Below, one piece after another: positions 61,487-64,000 of a stretch of DNA of 64,000 bases. The translations under genes and the position numbers were made by a program. How positions within the stretch are numbered: position 1 is the first letter of the stretch; every line of letters begins with the position of its first letter. The DNA lies in contig JANOQI010000062.1 of NCBI GenBank assembly GCA_031414775.1, positions 160,001-224,000 on the forward strand, given 5' to 3'. The notes beneath the pieces were generated by a model. It was not told the origin of the DNA, did no database searches, and saw nothing but the letters and a program-made list of their open reading frames with translations. The stretch is from Synechococcales cyanobacterium VAR_4_metabat_354. GTDB lineage: Bacteria > Cyanobacteriota > Cyanobacteriia > Cyanobacteriales > Chamaesiphonaceae.

Positions 61487-61852
61487 CTATTTTCTGGTAC
61501 AAGACAGAGCAGCATCAAATGTTGCCAATTCAGCCGCTCTAGTCTCGGATTTGGTAGTTACCAAATAAATGCCACCTTTTTGTCTAATGATCGATTGCCC
61601 CTTGAGACCACCAGTCTTAAATCGATAGGCTAAACCAACTGTTTGATAGTTTCCCCCCACTACTTTTTGAACAGTGGAAGTGGCGCTGTATGTCTGGTTT
61701 GCCTTGAGCATGACATTTACTCTCGACCCTCTGGTGAGGCAATTGAAGGTTATTGATTTAGCTGGTTTATTGTTGCCTGTCATTTCAGCATAGGCTGTGG
61801 TACTGGTGTCCATCGCCAGCAAACAACTCAAAAGTAGAACAATTTTTTTCAT
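61487..61852 (-). CDS. Small secreted hypothetical protein
   Basis: Signal peptide (AYA), two Cys in the mature part, beta-rich. Confidence 0.65.
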   Translation of the reverse strand: MKKIVLLLSCLLAMDTSTTAYAEMTGNNKPAKSITFNCLTRGSRVNVMLKANQTYSATSTVQKVVGGNYQTVGLAYRFKTGGLKGQSIIRQKGGIYLVTTKSETRAAELATFDAALSCTRK

Positions 61853-61994
61853 TTTCTGGAATAGATAATTTAAAGTTACCTGTAGGAGAAGAATCGCTAG
61901 GCTTTTGAGATGTTCCTCTGATTTGGAGAGGTAATAGATCGATCGCCACCAAATAGTACTAGAATACTGCTAGCAAACTTCACTTCCTAACCTG

Positions 61995-64000
61995 ATGGCT
62001 GAGTCCGAAAACGCTGTAGACCTGACTGGTCTGCGGACTACCCAAAACCAGATCAATAACGCCGACTACAGAGCGATCGACATCAAACTGCTCTCACCGA
62101 TGTTTCAGCATTTTGTCTCGGTAAAAGAACAATATCCTCATGCCCTGTTGCTGTATCGTTGTGGTGATTTTTTTGAGACTTTTTTCCAAGATGCGGTGAC
62201 TATTGCCCGAGAATTGGAGTTGGTACTGACCAGCAAGGAAGGTGGCCGAGAGGTCGGCCGGGTACCGATGACGGGGGTACCGCACCATGCCGTTGACAGA
62301 TATTGTGCCAGCTTGGTAGAGAAGGGTTATGCGATCGCCGTCTGCGACCAAATGGAGGAAGCGTCAGCCAGTGTGGGTTTGGTGCGCCGGGAAGTAACTA
62401 GAGTTTTGACTCCCGGCACGGTCATGGAAGAATCTCTGCTTACCGCTCGGCGCAACAACTTTTTAGCGGCGATCGTAATTAGTAACGACCATTGGGGTTT
62501 GGCCTATACCGATATTTCTACTGGTGAATTCATTGCCACCCAGAGTAATGGCTTAGAAATTCTTAGCCAAGAGTTATTACGCCTCCAGCCAGCAGAAATC
62601 TTGTTACCTACAGCCACACCAGATATCAATCGACTACTACGGGTCGGCGAAAAAAATGACCAAATTCCGGCTGCCTTGCCTAATCAGTTTTGCTATTCCT
62701 TACGATCGCCGAAGCCCTTTACAATCAGCGAAGCCCAAGAACGCTTATTCGAGTATTTTCGACTGAAGTCACTAGAAGCCACCGGCTGTGACCAAATGCC
62801 CTTGGCAGTGCGAGCGGCGGGTGGCCTGTTGGAATACCTAGAAGATACCCAACGGGGCAATCCGGTGGATTTGCAACTACTCCGATCGTATTCCCTAGCC
62901 GATTATTTGGTCTTAGATTATCAATCTCGCCGCAACCTCGAAATTTTCCAAACCTCCCGCGATGGCAACTTGCGCGGATCTTTGCTGTGGGCGCTCGATC
63001 GTACCGGTACCGCCATGGGTGGTCGCGCCCTCCGGCGTTGGTTATCTCAGCCCTTACTCGATGTTCAACAGATTACGACTCGCCAATCATCAGTGGCGGA
63101 GCTGATCGAGAATACTTTTCTGCGCCAAGATCTGCAACAACTCCTCAAAAATATCTACGACCTAGAAAGATTAACCGGTAAAGCCGCCGCTGGCCGGGTC
63201 AATGCACGGGAATTACTAGCCTTAGCTGATTCTTTGAGCCGTCTACCAGAACTAGCCGCACTTGTGGCTAGTGCCACCTCCCGCTTTTTAAAAAATCTTC
63301 AACAGTATCCGATCGAACTTGTCACCCTCGGTAAACAAATCCAGGCTTATCTGGTAGAAAGTCCGCCCTTGCTATTAACCGAAGGTGGCATTATTCGGGG
63401 GAGTATCAGCGGCCAGCTAGACGAACTACGGGCAGCGGCAGTGGAAGATCACCAGTGGTTGGCTAATTTAGAGACTGTCGAACGGGAGCGCACCGGCATC
63501 CCTAATCTAAAAGTGGGGTTCAATAAAAGTTTTGGTTACTACCTCAGCATCACCAGAGCCAAGGCCGATCAAGTGCCCGATGATTACCTGCGCAAGCAGA
63601 CCCTCACTAATGAAGAGCGCTACATCACCCCCGAACTCAAAGAGCGGGAAGCCCGAATTTTAAATTCTAAAGATGATGTCAACCAACTAGAACACGAAAT
63701 TTTCTGTGAACTGCGCACCGAAGTTTCTAGCTACGCCGAACAGATTCGGGGAATGGCCAAGCGGGTTGCGGCGGTGGATGTGTTGTGTGGACTGGCCGAA
63801 GTGGCGGTGCAGCAAGGTTACTGCTGTCCCGAAATCACCGCTGGCCGGGAAATTAGGATTGTGAGTGGCCGCCATCCGGTCGTCGAACAATCCATGCCTG
63901 CTGGTTTCTTTGTCCCGAACTGCGCCGATTTAGCCACGGAGCCTACTGGTACGGATTTAGTCGTGTTGACCGGACCCAACGCCAGCGGTAAAAGTTGCTA
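61995..64000 (+). CDS. mutS: DNA mismatch repair protein MutS (runs off the window end)
   Basis: Manual translation: [56 protein letters not shown]; not in the ORF track because no stop is reached. Confidence 0.96.
   Translation, partial: MAESENAVDLTGLRTTQNQINNADYRAIDIKLLSPMFQHFVSVKEQYPHALLLYRCGDFFETFFQDAVTIARELELVLTSKEGGREVGRVPMTGVPHHAVDRYCASLVEKGYAIAVCDQMEEASASVGLVRREVTRVLTPGTVMEESLLTARRNNFLAAIVISNDHWGLAYTDISTGEFIATQSNGLEILSQELLRLQPAEILLPTATPDINRLLRVGEKNDQIPAALPNQFCYSLRSPKPFTISEAQERLFEYFRLKSLEATGCDQMPLAVRAAGGLLEYLEDTQRGNPVDLQLLRSYSLADYLVLDYQSRRNLEIFQTSRDGNLRGSLLWALDRTGTAMGGRALRRWLSQPLLDVQQITTRQSSVAELIENTFLRQDLQQLLKNIYDLERLTGKAAAGRVNARELLALADSLSRLPELAALVASATSRFLKNLQQYPIELVTLGKQIQAYLVESPPLLLTEGGIIRGSISGQLDELRAAAVEDHQWLANLETVERERTGIPNLKVGFNKSFGYYLSITRAKADQVPDDYLRKQTLTNEERYITPELKEREARILNSKDDVNQLEHEIFCELRTEVSSYAEQIRGMAKRVAAVDVLCGLAEVAVQQGYCCPEITAGREIRIVSGRHPVVEQSMPAGFFVPNCADLATEPTGTDLVVLTGPNASGKSC

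Noticed and set aside
62094..63890. Short ORFs at 62094, 62987 and 63687 in the ORF track
   Set aside because: They are antisense or off-frame shadows inside mutS

Overview
Cyanobacterial chromosome segment, judged from ndhS, plqA, plmA, a dgdA-like gene and very dense CGATCG-core (HIP1-type) palindromes; the species cannot be determined from sequence alone. Most of the window is core genome: cobA/hemD, grxC, a GH38 mannosidase, purU, deoC-recO-MFS-GT4, mobA, tRNA-fMet, a dGTPase, a cobalamin-riboswitch-led cobG-cobH-cobI-cbiG/cobJ operon, a COG0523 GTPase, pmbA, an S1 homolog, lexA, argF and the 5' part of mutS. The most interesting part is a TetR-regulated HlyD/ABC efflux operon (40.9-54.2 kb) carrying two foreign cassettes. 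(1) An AT-rich two-gene island with no CGATCG sites lies between the ATPase and permease genes and encodes a 3-TM membrane protein plus a TIR-[PLD-like?]-SAM-methyltransferase fusion, a candidate undescribed TIR signalling/defence system. (2) A 3.7-kb island bounded by an 86-bp duplication of the permease 3' end encodes a coupled TIGR04255-like / XRE-HTH / 'TQTCD' three-gene module whose third gene is split by an IS630 element. Other accessory items: a P-loop ATPase + TPR pair with near-identical 120-bp repeats variable at specific codons, a BrnT/BrnA pair sitting on the remains of an older addiction module, a REC-HlyD fusion and a membrane-anchored globin. All family calls are by motif recognition; no searches were run.
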